Shown: positions 18,366-27,758, counted from the first letter of the stretch. The stretch: DNA of 64,000 bases from Candidatus Staskawiczbacteria bacterium (GCA_903885445.1 CAISIO010000020.1:55-64054); one strand, 5' to 3'. Notes: a model not told the origin generated them from the letters alone. Translations and numbers: made by a program.

Positions 18366-18392
18366 AAAGCCGCCCTTTTGGGTGGTTTTTTG
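18366..18392 (+). terminator. Intrinsic terminator closing the two-gene islet
   Basis: CCGCCC/GGGTGG stem (18370-18385, one G-U pair) followed by TTTTTTGTT. Confidence 0.55.
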
Positions 18393-18452
18393 TTGGAATA
18401 ATTTGTGCGCCCTGAGTATTGCTAAAAGTGAAATTTTGTGTTAGAGTGGCTT

Positions 18453-20018
18453 ATGAAAAAAATACTCATAGTTTGCTTGTTTGCGTTTATTTTATCGGCT
18501 GGTTCGGCTTTCGCGATTGCAATGCCTGCTTTGATTTTGCCTAAAATTTCCTCGCCCAAGCTCGGAAAAGTCCAAAACATGAACCCCTTAACCTTGACTA
18601 GAAGCGTGGTTGGAGTTCCTGTGACTTCGGGAAATTATATAGTTTGGGAAGACATGAGAGATAATGGTACTACGGGTCGTGATATTTACAGAATGGATAA
18701 AAACACCGGAGTCGAGCTTGCGTTATGTACTGAAACGGGTAATCAAACTGCTCCCTATATTGATGGAAATATCGCTACTTGGACTGATACAAGGTTGGGT
18801 CATTCGGAAATTTATTACTACTATATGGACATTAAAAGAGAAATCCGTGTAAGTAGCTTGGTTAGCAGATATGTTAAGGGAATAAGCGGAAATAATATTT
18901 TAGCGATGGAATCCCAGGGGGCAGCCGGTTATTATGAATTGATTGCTTATAACTATCCGTCCAACCAGTTGAAAATAATTGCTTCGTCTCTTACTTTATC
19001 ATCAAGCGCAGCTATTGATGGAAATATTGTTGTTTGGACAGATTCCAGCTCCCATGTTCATGCTTATGATTTATCTTTAAATAAGGAGATTGTAGCTTCT
19101 ACAAGTACCGCAATGCAGTCAGAGCCGACAGTAAGCGAGGATATGATTGTCTGGAAAGATTACAGAAGTAATTCTCTCGGCGATATTTGGGGGTACGACA
19201 TTTCAGCCAAAAAAGAATTTTTAATTTATTTTCCTTCGACCACAGGCTTGAAATCTGTGCATGTCGGAAAAAGATACGTTGTTTTTGAACAGAACCATAA
19301 GATTTATGCCTATCACATTGATACAAAAATTTTAAGTACTCTTGCCAATGGCACCCCTGACTATGCTAATCCATCGATAAAAAATAACGTGGTAGTTTGG
19401 ACAAATGATGAGACAAGCTACGGCGGAAACATTTTTACAGCAACTTTGCCGGATGTGCCGGCGGTTAAATCTTTTGTGGTTGGGGATGGATCGTCGCAAA
19501 GATTTTATGTTAACAAAGTAAAATGGGTTTTTAATACTGACACTAACATCCCACAATTAATAGCAGATGGGAGCATCGTAAATGCGGTGAAAATTATAAA
19601 CCTTGGAACTCGCGCTAAAACCAGCCCGATTAGCCAGAATTTAGTATTGAATGTTTCAGATTTCAGTTATGACTCAGCAACAAGAACTTTAACTTGGAAT
19701 TATCATACAACTGCGGTTGATAAAAGCGTCCCTGCCGGATTATACAACACAACGATATTCTTTTCGTATATTACAAGCGGGGATAACACTCATCCTGTCG
19801 CAAATGTGGTTAACTATTTTTACAGGCTTAAAGGCGACACAAATGGTGATGCAAAAGTAGATGCTTCAGATCTAAATGTTTTGGAAAACGCTTTTGGAGC
19901 TAAGCCTGGTGATGCAAAATGGAATTCAAATGCGGATTTTGACAAAAATTCGAATATTGATTTTATGGATTACCTTGAGATGAAGGCAGATTTCGGAAGT
20001 TATATTGAAACATTATAA
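18453..20018 (+). CDS. Secreted beta-propeller-like repeat protein with a C-terminal dockerin-like module
   Basis: Signal peptide MKKILIVCLFAFILSAGSAFA. Recurrent GN(I/Y)(I/V)VW(T/E)D motifs occur at least 5 times. The C-terminus GDTNGDAKVDASDL ... DFDKNSNIDFMDY is a two-segment EF-hand-type dockerin pattern. Confidence 0.7.
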   Translation: MKKILIVCLFAFILSAGSAFAIAMPALILPKISSPKLGKVQNMNPLTLTRSVVGVPVTSGNYIVWEDMRDNGTTGRDIYRMDKNTGVELALCTETGNQTAPYIDGNIATWTDTRLGHSEIYYYYMDIKREIRVSSLVSRYVKGISGNNILAMESQGAAGYYELIAYNYPSNQLKIIASSLTLSSSAAIDGNIVVWTDSSSHVHAYDLSLNKEIVASTSTAMQSEPTVSEDMIVWKDYRSNSLGDIWGYDISAKKEFLIYFPSTTGLKSVHVGKRYVVFEQNHKIYAYHIDTKILSTLANGTPDYANPSIKNNVVVWTNDETSYGGNIFTATLPDVPAVKSFVVGDGSSQRFYVNKVKWVFNTDTNIPQLIADGSIVNAVKIINLGTRAKTSPISQNLVLNVSDFSYDSATRTLTWNYHTTAVDKSVPAGLYNTTIFFSYITSGDNTHPVANVVNYFYRLKGDTNGDAKVDASDLNVLENAFGAKPGDAKWNSNADFDKNSNIDFMDYLEMKADFGSYIETL

Positions 20019-20068
20019 TCGGTTAGAACACAGAAAATCGCCAAAAGGGCGGTTTTTTGTTAGAATAA

Positions 20069-20776
20069 TTGAATATGGAATACGAAGAAATTATTGGCAG
20101 ATTAAAGGCGATGGAAAATCCCGAAAATGTTGAAGGGATGGCCCGGTTTGGCATACGCCCGAAAACAAGGGTTTTGGGAATTCCAATTCCGGAAACAAGA
20201 AAGTTGGCAAAAGCAATTGGAAAAAACCACAAATTGGCTTTGAAACTTTGGGATTCAAAAATACACGAAGCGCGGATTTTGGCCGGGCTGGTCGCCGATT
20301 ATGAAGAATTAACAGAAAAACAAATTACAAAATGGGCAAAAGATTTTGATTCGTGGGATGTTGTTGACCAGGTTTGTATGAATTTGTTTGATAAATCAAA
20401 AATTGCCAAAAAGTTAATTCTACAATTTAGCAAAAGCAAAAAGGAATTTGTAAAAAGAACGGCATTTTCTTTAATGGCTGCTTTGGCTTCGCACGATAAA
20501 AAAATGTCAGACAAAGATTTTATTAAATTTTTCTTGATAATTAAAAAAGCATCAACAGACGAAAGAAATTTTGTCAGAAAATCGGTTAATTGGGCGTTGC
20601 GGGGGATTGGGAAAAGGAATATGATTTTAAACAGAAAAGCGGTAGAATTAGCTAGGGTAATCCAAAAGATAGAATCTAAAAGCGCTAGGTGGATAGCGCT
20701 CGACGCAATAAGGGAATTAACCTCTGAAAATGTCCAAAAAAGACTTTCAATGTTATTATTAAGAAAAAATAGATGA
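20069..20776 (+). CDS. DNA alkylation repair protein (AlkD-like HEAT-repeat glycosylase family)
   Basis: Family-typical strings are present: FGIRPKTRVLGIPIPETRKLAK, HEARILAG, WDVVDQVC, RNFVRKSVNWALR. Confidence 0.7.
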   Translation: MNMEYEEIIGRLKAMENPENVEGMARFGIRPKTRVLGIPIPETRKLAKAIGKNHKLALKLWDSKIHEARILAGLVADYEELTEKQITKWAKDFDSWDVVDQVCMNLFDKSKIAKKLILQFSKSKKEFVKRTAFSLMAALASHDKKMSDKDFIKFFLIIKKASTDERNFVRKSVNWALRGIGKRNMILNRKAVELARVIQKIESKSARWIALDAIRELTSENVQKRLSMLLLRKNR

Positions 20777-21234
20777 GCTTAATTATCAGAAATTTAAATA
20801 AAAAGGATATTCCCGCGTGTTTGAAAATAGTTTTAGAGACTGAAGCCAGTTCTAATGGGAAAGAGGCTAGAAAAGTGATGGAACTTTCTTTGGCTCCGGG
20901 AATCAAACCGTTAAATCCTAATTATTATGTTTTGGAATTAGACGGAAAAATTATCGGAATTTCCGGATTATATTATGATTACGAAGACCCAAAAGATATT
21001 ATGTGGATGGATTATTTTGCCGTGTCGCCGGAATTCCAGAGAAGCGGGTATGGTACAAAGATGCTAGAGAATCTGGAAAATATTTGTAAAAAGAAAAAAG
21101 TGAGGTTGCTTTGCGTTTTTACTGACAAAACCGTAGCCTTCGAGTTTTATGAAAGAAACGGTTTTGAAACTTGCGGGAAAATAGAAAATTATTATGGCGA
21201 CAAACCACGAATATGGATGCGCAAATTATTGTAA
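20773..21234 (+). CDS. GNAT family N-acetyltransferase
   Basis: The acetyl-CoA binding pattern FAVSPEFQRSGYGTKMLENLE sits in a 153-aa protein. Confidence 0.75.
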   Translation: MSLIIRNLNKKDIPACLKIVLETEASSNGKEARKVMELSLAPGIKPLNPNYYVLELDGKIIGISGLYYDYEDPKDIMWMDYFAVSPEFQRSGYGTKMLENLENICKKKKVRLLCVFTDKTVAFEFYERNGFETCGKIENYYGDKPRIWMRKLL

Positions 21235-21713
21235 GGAAAATATTCAATAAGAAAACAATAGACAAGGTTTTTGACATAGGGATTTTAATAAAGTTCTTTT
21301 TTGGTTTTTTTGAGGTTTTAGCGGGAATTCTTTTCGCAATTTCCGGACGGCTTACGGTGAGTAATTTAATCATAGCATTGACCCAACAGGAAATTTCTGA
21401 AGACCCGAATGACTTTATAGCGCATTATTTGACGAATGCCGCAAATAATTTTTCTGAAGGAAGCCAAATTTTTGCGGTCGCTTATTTAATATTCCACGGA
21501 GCAGTCAATGTGTTTTTGACAGTTTCTTTGTTTAAAGAAAAAAGGCAATTTTATCCCTATGCAATAGCCGGTTTCGGAGTTTTTATATTTTATCAAATTT
21601 ACAGATATTTTCACACGCATTCTCTGCTGCTTCTGTTTTTAACATTATTTGATGTCTTTATCGTGCTGATAATATTTTTAGAATATAAAAGGAAAACAGC
21701 TAAATCAAGATGA
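21213..21713 (+). CDS. DUF2127-like membrane protein
   Basis: Four hydrophobic helices. The N-terminus KVFDIGILIKFFFGFFEVLAGILF is typical of this family. The start was trimmed to ATG 21213 to remove the overlap with the GNAT gene. Confidence 0.55.
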   Translation: MDAQIIVRKIFNKKTIDKVFDIGILIKFFFGFFEVLAGILFAISGRLTVSNLIIALTQQEISEDPNDFIAHYLTNAANNFSEGSQIFAVAYLIFHGAVNVFLTVSLFKEKRQFYPYAIAGFGVFIFYQIYRYFHTHSLLLLFLTLFDVFIVLIIFLEYKRKTAKSR

Positions 21714-22183
21714 AAATGTTTTGGGAAATATTTTTAATAATGGCAGTCGTAATTTTAGCTGGAGCGTTTTTTTATCGCACAGAAATTTTAAATGCGCCGG
21801 CGGTTCCACAAGGTTCGGCGGGATTAGTATGCTTTAAAGAGAAATGCTTTTCTGTAGAAATATCAAAGACGGAAATAAGCCGGGAGAAAGGATTAATGAA
21901 CCGGACTTCGTTGGATAATAACAAGGGAATGCTTTTTGTTTTTGATAAAGAGGGCATTTATCCATTTTGGATGAAAAACACTTTAATTCCGCTGGATATG
22001 ATTTGGGCTGACAGTAATGGCAAAGTTGTTTTCATCGGCCAGAATGTCCAGCCCTGCAAAAGTTTGATTTGCCCATCGGTTATGCCAAATGCTAAAGCAA
22101 GGTATGTTTTGGAAATAAATAGTGGCGCGGTTGGCGAAATTGGTTTGAGGCTTGGAGACGAGTTAAAAATAAATATAAACTAG
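21710..22183 (+). CDS. DUF192 domain protein
   Basis: GMLFVF, FWMKNTLIPLDMIW and ARYVLEINSG are characteristic of DUF192 (COG1430). Confidence 0.7.
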   Translation: MKMFWEIFLIMAVVILAGAFFYRTEILNAPAVPQGSAGLVCFKEKCFSVEISKTEISREKGLMNRTSLDNNKGMLFVFDKEGIYPFWMKNTLIPLDMIWADSNGKVVFIGQNVQPCKSLICPSVMPNAKARYVLEINSGAVGEIGLRLGDELKININ

Positions 22184-22184
22184 T

Positions 22185-23519
22185 TTAATATAAATAACCC
22201 CAGGTTTGTAGCTTGTCTGAATCCTCTGACCAGCCAAGTCCAATATCAGTCCTGTAGAACATATTTTGGAGTAGAATATTTTCAACCCTGCCATAAGTTT
22301 GCTTCCTTGCGTCTTCAACGGTTACTCCTGATCCCGTAACCACCAACACGTATCCGCTTTCTCCTGCAATTCTCCAGTTGCCATCTATCATTTTAAGATC
22401 GCCAAATCTAATTCCTTCCATTGAGGGTTTTTTAAAAATTATTGATAGATCTCTATAGATATCCATTTCTTCTTTGTCATAGTATGGAAATGGAGGAACC
22501 GCGCAGCATATGCCGATTTGAAATCCTTTTTTTGTTTTTAATTCAAAATTTTCTCCATCGGCAATCCGGCAAAGAAAATCTCCCCATTGGTTTGTGACTC
22601 CCTCCATTTGTACAGAAATTGTGGGGTATCCGAATCTGCAGGTAAATTCCAAAGGATAAATTCCTCTGGCATTGGCAATACAATTTATGTCAATGTATCC
22701 GACATATCCTGATTTTTTTACGTCATCTTTCATCTTTTCTAGGGTTGTTTTAAAAATTGTATTTGATCCCGACCAATACATCAATGTTCCCATCTCTCCC
22801 GTGTACGGCCCGATGTCCCCGGGGAATAATTTTTTATGCTCAAAGTTTATATTTATCGGATAGACAAAATCATTTCCGTTAAAAAACGCGCCGACCGCAA
22901 CTTCTACGCCCTGCGCAAATTTTTGAAGCTGGAATTGTTTAACTTTTTGCTCAAGGACTTTTTTGTTTGACTTTATTATGTCGTAAATATCTTTGCCATC
23001 TTCATCCTTGCCCAAAAATAGCAGTCCTTTTGAAGAAGACCCGATAAATTCCGATGGTTTGAAAACGTAGCGGCCCGGATTTTCCTGGATAAATTTTAAA
23101 GCAAGATCGTAGTCTGAAAAGTCCCAGTGGGGAAGCGTCAACATTCCAACTCTTTTCATCTCCGACTGGCCGAATTCACGGTCTTTTTCAAGCCTGTCCG
23201 TGTACTCACTTCCTCCGACAACTAGTTTGCCTTTTTTTCTCAATTCGTCGGCTTCTTCTCCAAATCCGACGTCATCAAAAACAACCACGTCCGCCCAATC
23301 GACAAATTTTTTGTAGTCTGGGACTTTTTCTAAAAATCCGTCATAAACATCTTTATCGTAGTCTGCTTGAACATATATTTTTACTTCGTGTCCTTCTTTT
23401 TTAATTTGCCAAGCTAAATCTCCCGACAGGGCTTCCCAGCTAACAAACAAAAATTTTTTGGGCGCAGCCGTTGAGTGATTATTATTAGAATGATTATTAT
23501 TTCCGTTTTGGTCGTCCAT
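22185..23519 (-). CDS. PurD-like ATP-grasp protein (phosphoribosylamine-glycine ligase family)
   Basis: FEHKKLFPGDIGPYTGEMG aligns by eye with PurD DHKR..D.GPNTGGMG. EFTCRFGYPT aligns with EFNCRFGDPE. The C-terminal GYVLVVTGSG.TVEDARKQTY...RTDIG matches the PurD tail. The N-terminus is Asn/His-rich. Confidence 0.7.
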   Translation of the reverse strand: MDDQNGNNNHSNNNHSTAAPKKFLFVSWEALSGDLAWQIKKEGHEVKIYVQADYDKDVYDGFLEKVPDYKKFVDWADVVVFDDVGFGEEADELRKKGKLVVGGSEYTDRLEKDREFGQSEMKRVGMLTLPHWDFSDYDLALKFIQENPGRYVFKPSEFIGSSSKGLLFLGKDEDGKDIYDIIKSNKKVLEQKVKQFQLQKFAQGVEVAVGAFFNGNDFVYPININFEHKKLFPGDIGPYTGEMGTLMYWSGSNTIFKTTLEKMKDDVKKSGYVGYIDINCIANARGIYPLEFTCRFGYPTISVQMEGVTNQWGDFLCRIADGENFELKTKKGFQIGICCAVPPFPYYDKEEMDIYRDLSIIFKKPSMEGIRFGDLKMIDGNWRIAGESGYVLVVTGSGVTVEDARKQTYGRVENILLQNMFYRTDIGLGWSEDSDKLQTWGYLY

Positions 23520-23546
23520 TTTTTTGCCTTTCGGTTCTTTAATTTA

Positions 23547-24011
23547 TTAAATATATTTTTCGTCGTATGTCGCGTAAGCAACAGTTAATTCTTCGCCCTT
23601 TTTTATTTTTCTTAGAGTAACAAAATTTTCTCCATCGTCAATTGTTTTGATATTTGGTTTTTTTGAATCATTCAAAAAATAAGAAACATCCATTCCATTA
23701 AGGCAAGAATCGGAAATATAAACCGCCCCATTTTTATGAATTACAAAAAAGCTGTCAATTAAAGAAAGCGTTTCTTTCCCCAAACTTTTTAACTCTGAAA
23801 TTTGGAACTTGTGCCACTTTTGTTTTTTTAAACCAAAAAAAGGATTTTTCCCTCTTGGAATTTCTCTAATTGCAAAAACCCCCACCCCCTCTATTTTTGA
23901 AGCCCTTAATCTGCAATAAGTATTTACCAGATTATTTAAAATTTTTTGTTTGGTTGCGTTCACGAAGGAGAATTTATTTTTTAAGTATACATTATTAGAA
24001 CAATAACTCAA
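23547..24011 (-). CDS. SET domain-containing protein
   Basis: IEGVGVFAIREIPRG, FLNDSKKPN (NHS-type motif) and GEELTVAY fit a small bacterial SET methyltransferase fold. Confidence 0.6.
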   Translation of the reverse strand: MSYCSNNVYLKNKFSFVNATKQKILNNLVNTYCRLRASKIEGVGVFAIREIPRGKNPFFGLKKQKWHKFQISELKSLGKETLSLIDSFFVIHKNGAVYISDSCLNGMDVSYFLNDSKKPNIKTIDDGENFVTLRKIKKGEELTVAYATYDEKYI

Positions 24012-24021
24012 AATTTTTACA

Positions 24022-24056
24022 AAACAAAAAACCGCGGTTAAGCGGTTTTTTGTTTA
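24022..24056 (-). terminator. Intrinsic terminator after the zinc-ribbon gene
   Basis: AACCGC/GCGGTT stem flanked by A-runs and T-runs. Confidence 0.55.
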
Positions 24057-24069
24057 GAATCAGAGATAA

Positions 24070-24246
24070 TTATCTGCTGAATCTCGGAGGTCTCTTTTTT
24101 GACCAGCATTCTCTGCAATAGATTGGTCTGTCTGGAGCTGGTTCAAAAGGAAGTTCTGTAATTTCTACTCCGCATTCGGAGCATTTCCAGTTTCCTTTGA
24201 TCATCGCTCTTGGAGCGAAACCACTGTCATTGTTTTTGTCGAACAT
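24070..24246 (-). CDS. Small CxxC-x18-CxxC zinc-ribbon protein (58 aa, below the ORF-track cutoff)
   Basis: Manual translation: MFDKNNDSGFAPRAMIKGNWKCSECGVEITELPFEPAPDRPIYCRECWSKKRPPRFSR. It resembles the CxxC-x17-CxxC small-protein family. Confidence 0.65.
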   Translation of the reverse strand: MFDKNNDSGFAPRAMIKGNWKCSECGVEITELPFEPAPDRPIYCRECWSKKRPPRFSR

Positions 24247-24383
24247 CTTGTTTTTTGTTTATCGAATATAACGACCTTTCTAATAGGTCGTTAAGCCGAC
24301 TTATTAGCTACTTTTACTATACTCCTTTTGTCTAATCGTGTCAAGGGCTTTATGTTTTTTGGTAAAAATGTATTATTAGAGCT

Positions 24384-25199
24384 ATGAACAAACAAATTTG
24401 GATTTTAATATTTTTAGCCATAATAATCGTTGTTTTGCTAGGATTTTTTGTATTTATGCCAAAGCCGGTAGAAAGGCCGCCGACGCCAGCGCCCATTGAA
24501 GTTTTTAATCCGCAACCGAACGAAGAGGTTTCTTCTCCTCTTAAAATTTCCGGTACTGTCGGTGGCGACGGATGGTCGGGATTTGAAGGCCAAGTCGGTA
24601 CAGTCAAATTAATGGATTATAAAGGAAATGAGTTGGGTTCGGCGGTTCTGACAGCAACAACAGAATGGACCAAGTTTCCGACCAGTTTTGAAACAACGTT
24701 GAATTTTACCGCGGCAAATGATGGCTCGGCGACTTTGATTTTTCATAACGAAAATCCAAGCGGTGACCCGGCAAGAGATAAAGCTATTACAATGCCAATA
24801 AGGATTAAAGCAAACGGAGACACAATGACAGTAAAGGTTTATTGGGATAGCTCTACTGATGGCGCATGTGGAGAAGCGGTTTATGCGTCCAATAGAGTGA
24901 TTCCTAAAACCGAGGCGCTTGCGAAGGTGGCGCTTGAAGAATTATTAAGGGGCCCAACGCCCGCAGAAAAATCCCAAGGATATGCTACAATTATTCCTGT
25001 TGGCAGTAAATTAAACAGTGTTTCAATTGTTAATGGCGAGGCGCGAGCGGATTTTAATGAAACAACAGAGTCGGGCGGGGGATCATGCAGCATGACTGCC
25101 AGGGTTGCCCAGATAACGCAAACACTAAAACAATTTTCAACAATAACATCGGTCAGGTTATCAATTGATGGGCGGACAGGAGATATTTTCCAGCCATAA
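24384..25199 (+). CDS. Membrane-anchored Gmad2 Ig-like plus GerMN domain protein
   Basis: TM anchor. SPLKISGTVGGDGWSGFEGQVGTVKLMD is Gmad2-like. ALEELLRGPTPAEKSQGYATIIPVGSKLNSVSIVNGEARADF...GGGSC is GerMN-like. Confidence 0.7.
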   Translation: MNKQIWILIFLAIIIVVLLGFFVFMPKPVERPPTPAPIEVFNPQPNEEVSSPLKISGTVGGDGWSGFEGQVGTVKLMDYKGNELGSAVLTATTEWTKFPTSFETTLNFTAANDGSATLIFHNENPSGDPARDKAITMPIRIKANGDTMTVKVYWDSSTDGACGEAVYASNRVIPKTEALAKVALEELLRGPTPAEKSQGYATIIPVGSKLNSVSIVNGEARADFNETTESGGGSCSMTARVAQITQTLKQFSTITSVRLSIDGRTGDIFQP

Positions 25200-25202
25200 C
25201 TA

Positions 25203-26345
25203 ATGAATTTTAAAATACTAAAAAAATCTAAAAATAGCAGGGCGAGATTAGGATTTTTGGAAACAAGCCACGGAGTTGTTGAAACCCCGTGTTTAGTTCC
25301 CGTTGCAACCCAGGCGGTTATAAAAACCCTAGACAGTAAAGAAGTCGAAGAAACAAAATCGCAGATTCTAATTTCCAATACTTTCCATTTGCATCTAAAA
25401 CCTGGCGAGAAAATTGTAGAGAGGGCGGGCCAACTTCATAATTTTATGAATTGGAAAAGGCCGTTGATGACTGATTCGGGCGGGTACCAGGTTTTTTCTT
25501 TGGGATTCGGTACGGATTTTGGGCTGGGAAGCAAAATTTTAAAAAAAGAACAAGAAGAAGGAAGAACAATCAGAGAGAACGCGCAGCCGCAAAAAATTAA
25601 AATAAACCATGACGGGGTGACTTTCCGTTCGCCCATTAACGGAGACGAACTGTTTATCGGGCCGAAAGAGTCAATCGGAATACAAGAAAAACTGGGAGCG
25701 GACATTATCTTTGCTTTTGATGAATGCACAGCTCCTTTAGCCGAATACGATTATGTAAAAAAATCTCTTGAAAAAACGCACAGGTGGGCAAAAATTTGTT
25801 TAAAAGAAAGGAAATCTGATCAGGCTCTATATGGTATTGTGCAGGGGTCAAAGTTTAAGGACCTGCGCTTGGAAAGCGCAAAATTTATCGGAGGGTTGGA
25901 TTTTGACGGATTTGGAATTGGCGGGGAGTTTGGAAATGACAAGAAGACAATGGGGAAAATGGTTGAGTGGGTTGTTGACGAGTTGCCCGAGAAAAAACCA
26001 AGGCACCTTTTGGGGGTTGGCTATTTAGAAGACATGGAATTAATAATAAAATCGGGCGTGGATACTTTTGATTGCACGGTTCCAACCCATTATGCAAGGC
26101 GAGGGATTGCTTTTACCAGCGAAGGAAAATTAGATTTGAAGCAGACAAAATATTTAAAGAAAAACGAGAAGCTTGATAAAAATTGCATTTGTAATGTTTG
26201 TTTGAATTATAAAAAAGACTATATCTCCCATTTGCTTAAGGCAGGGGAGATAACAGGGATGAAACTTTTGACTTTCCACAATCTTTATTATTTTAATTCA
26301 TTCGTTGAGGAAATTCGTAATCGGATTAAAAAGGGCGAGATTTAA
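25203..26345 (+). CDS. tgt: tRNA-guanine transglycosylase (queuine tRNA-ribosyltransferase)
   Basis: 380 aa with TPCLVPVAT, TDSGGYQVFSL and the zinc site CxCxxC...H (CICNVCLNY...H). Confidence 0.9.
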   Translation: MNFKILKKSKNSRARLGFLETSHGVVETPCLVPVATQAVIKTLDSKEVEETKSQILISNTFHLHLKPGEKIVERAGQLHNFMNWKRPLMTDSGGYQVFSLGFGTDFGLGSKILKKEQEEGRTIRENAQPQKIKINHDGVTFRSPINGDELFIGPKESIGIQEKLGADIIFAFDECTAPLAEYDYVKKSLEKTHRWAKICLKERKSDQALYGIVQGSKFKDLRLESAKFIGGLDFDGFGIGGEFGNDKKTMGKMVEWVVDELPEKKPRHLLGVGYLEDMELIIKSGVDTFDCTVPTHYARRGIAFTSEGKLDLKQTKYLKKNEKLDKNCICNVCLNYKKDYISHLLKAGEITGMKLLTFHNLYYFNSFVEEIRNRIKKGEI

Positions 26346-26381
26346 TATAAAGTTAACAAAGGATAGGGTATATTCTAATAT

Positions 26382-26984
26382 ATGGAAAAATATAATTTGC
26401 CGAACTTAGCATACGGATATAAAGATTTGGAGCCGTATATTTCCGAGGAACAATTGATGCTGCACCACGACAAACACCACGCTGCTTATGTCAACGCTGC
26501 GAATGCTTTGTTGGATAAAATTAATGAGGCCAGGCGAAAGGGCACGGAAATGGATTATAAGTCGGTTTTAAAATCTTTGTCTTTTAACGTCGGCGGACAT
26601 GTCTTGCACGAAAAGTTTTGGGAAAATATGGCGCCCCACTCTGCTGAAGCTTCGCGGGGCAAGCCCGCAGGCAAGTTAGCCGAGGCAATAAATAAAGAGT
26701 TTGGAAGTTTTGAAAGATTCAAGACAGAGTTTTCGGAAACAGCCAAAACTGTTGAGGGTTCTGGCTGGGCAATTTTGGTATGCGATCAAGAAGGCAAGAA
26801 TATATCTTTAATGCAGATTGAAAAACATAATGTAAATTATTTTCCTGAAGTGAAAATTTTGTTATGCTTGGACGTATGGGAGCATGCATATTATTTAGAC
26901 TACAAAAACGACCGGGCAAAGTTTATAGAAAACTGGTGGAATATAGCGAATTGGGAGGAGGCGGAAAAGCGTTTTAAGGTCTAA
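26382..26984 (+). CDS. sodA: Fe/Mn superoxide dismutase
   Basis: LHHDKHHAAYV and DVWEHAYYLDYKN metal-ligand motifs. Confidence 0.92.
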   Translation: MEKYNLPNLAYGYKDLEPYISEEQLMLHHDKHHAAYVNAANALLDKINEARRKGTEMDYKSVLKSLSFNVGGHVLHEKFWENMAPHSAEASRGKPAGKLAEAINKEFGSFERFKTEFSETAKTVEGSGWAILVCDQEGKNISLMQIEKHNVNYFPEVKILLCLDVWEHAYYLDYKNDRAKFIENWWNIANWEEAEKRFKV

Positions 26985-27080
26985 TTGTTTAGACAAAAAA
27001 GAGCCCGGTATACAGGCTTTTTTTGTTGCTTTTTAGAACATTAAAAGATAGAATAATTAAATAACATAATCAAAAAAATC

Positions 27081-27743
27081 ATGATTACTTTAAATGACGT
27101 CAAAAATAATCCGCAGGTTATAAATTTTGTAAAGCAGACAGAAGAGGCAATGGCTGTATTAAGCTATACAAACCACGGATTTAGGCATACAAATTTGGTT
27201 GCCGAAAGGGCAGGGCAAATAGCAAAAAGTATCGGCTTGTCTGGCAGAGACGTAGAATTGTCGATGATTGCCGGATTTTGCCACGATATGGGAAATTTCA
27301 TGACGCGGACCTTTCACCATTATTATGCGGCGTTGCTTTTTCACCAAATTTTTCAGCACGAGTTCGCTCCTGAAGAAATTTCGGTGGTAATGCAGGCAAT
27401 CGCAAATCACGACAAAGAAGAAATGAATTTTTCACATACGATATCGGCGGTGCTTGTTTTGGCTGATAAGTCTGATGTGGACAGGTCAAGGGTCACCGAA
27501 AAAGATATTAATAAAATAAGAACAGATATTCACGACAAAGTTAATTATGCTACAACAGAAAGCGGCCTGAAAGCAGACAAAACAAAAAAGAGGATAACTT
27601 TAACCTTAAGAATTGATACTAACTTTTGCCCGATAATGGAATACTTTGAAATATTCACCGAGAGGATGGTTTTTTGCAGAACTGCTGCGCAATTTTTAGG
27701 ATACGATTTTGGTTTGGTTATAAATAAATTCCGTTTATTATAA
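27081..27743 (+). CDS. HD domain phosphohydrolase
   Basis: H...HD pattern (GFRHTNLV, FCHDMGN) and a downstream NHD. Confidence 0.7.
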   Translation: MITLNDVKNNPQVINFVKQTEEAMAVLSYTNHGFRHTNLVAERAGQIAKSIGLSGRDVELSMIAGFCHDMGNFMTRTFHHYYAALLFHQIFQHEFAPEEISVVMQAIANHDKEEMNFSHTISAVLVLADKSDVDRSRVTEKDINKIRTDIHDKVNYATTESGLKADKTKKRITLTLRIDTNFCPIMEYFEIFTERMVFCRTAAQFLGYDFGLVINKFRLL

Positions 27744-27758
27744 TTTAAAGAGACCATT

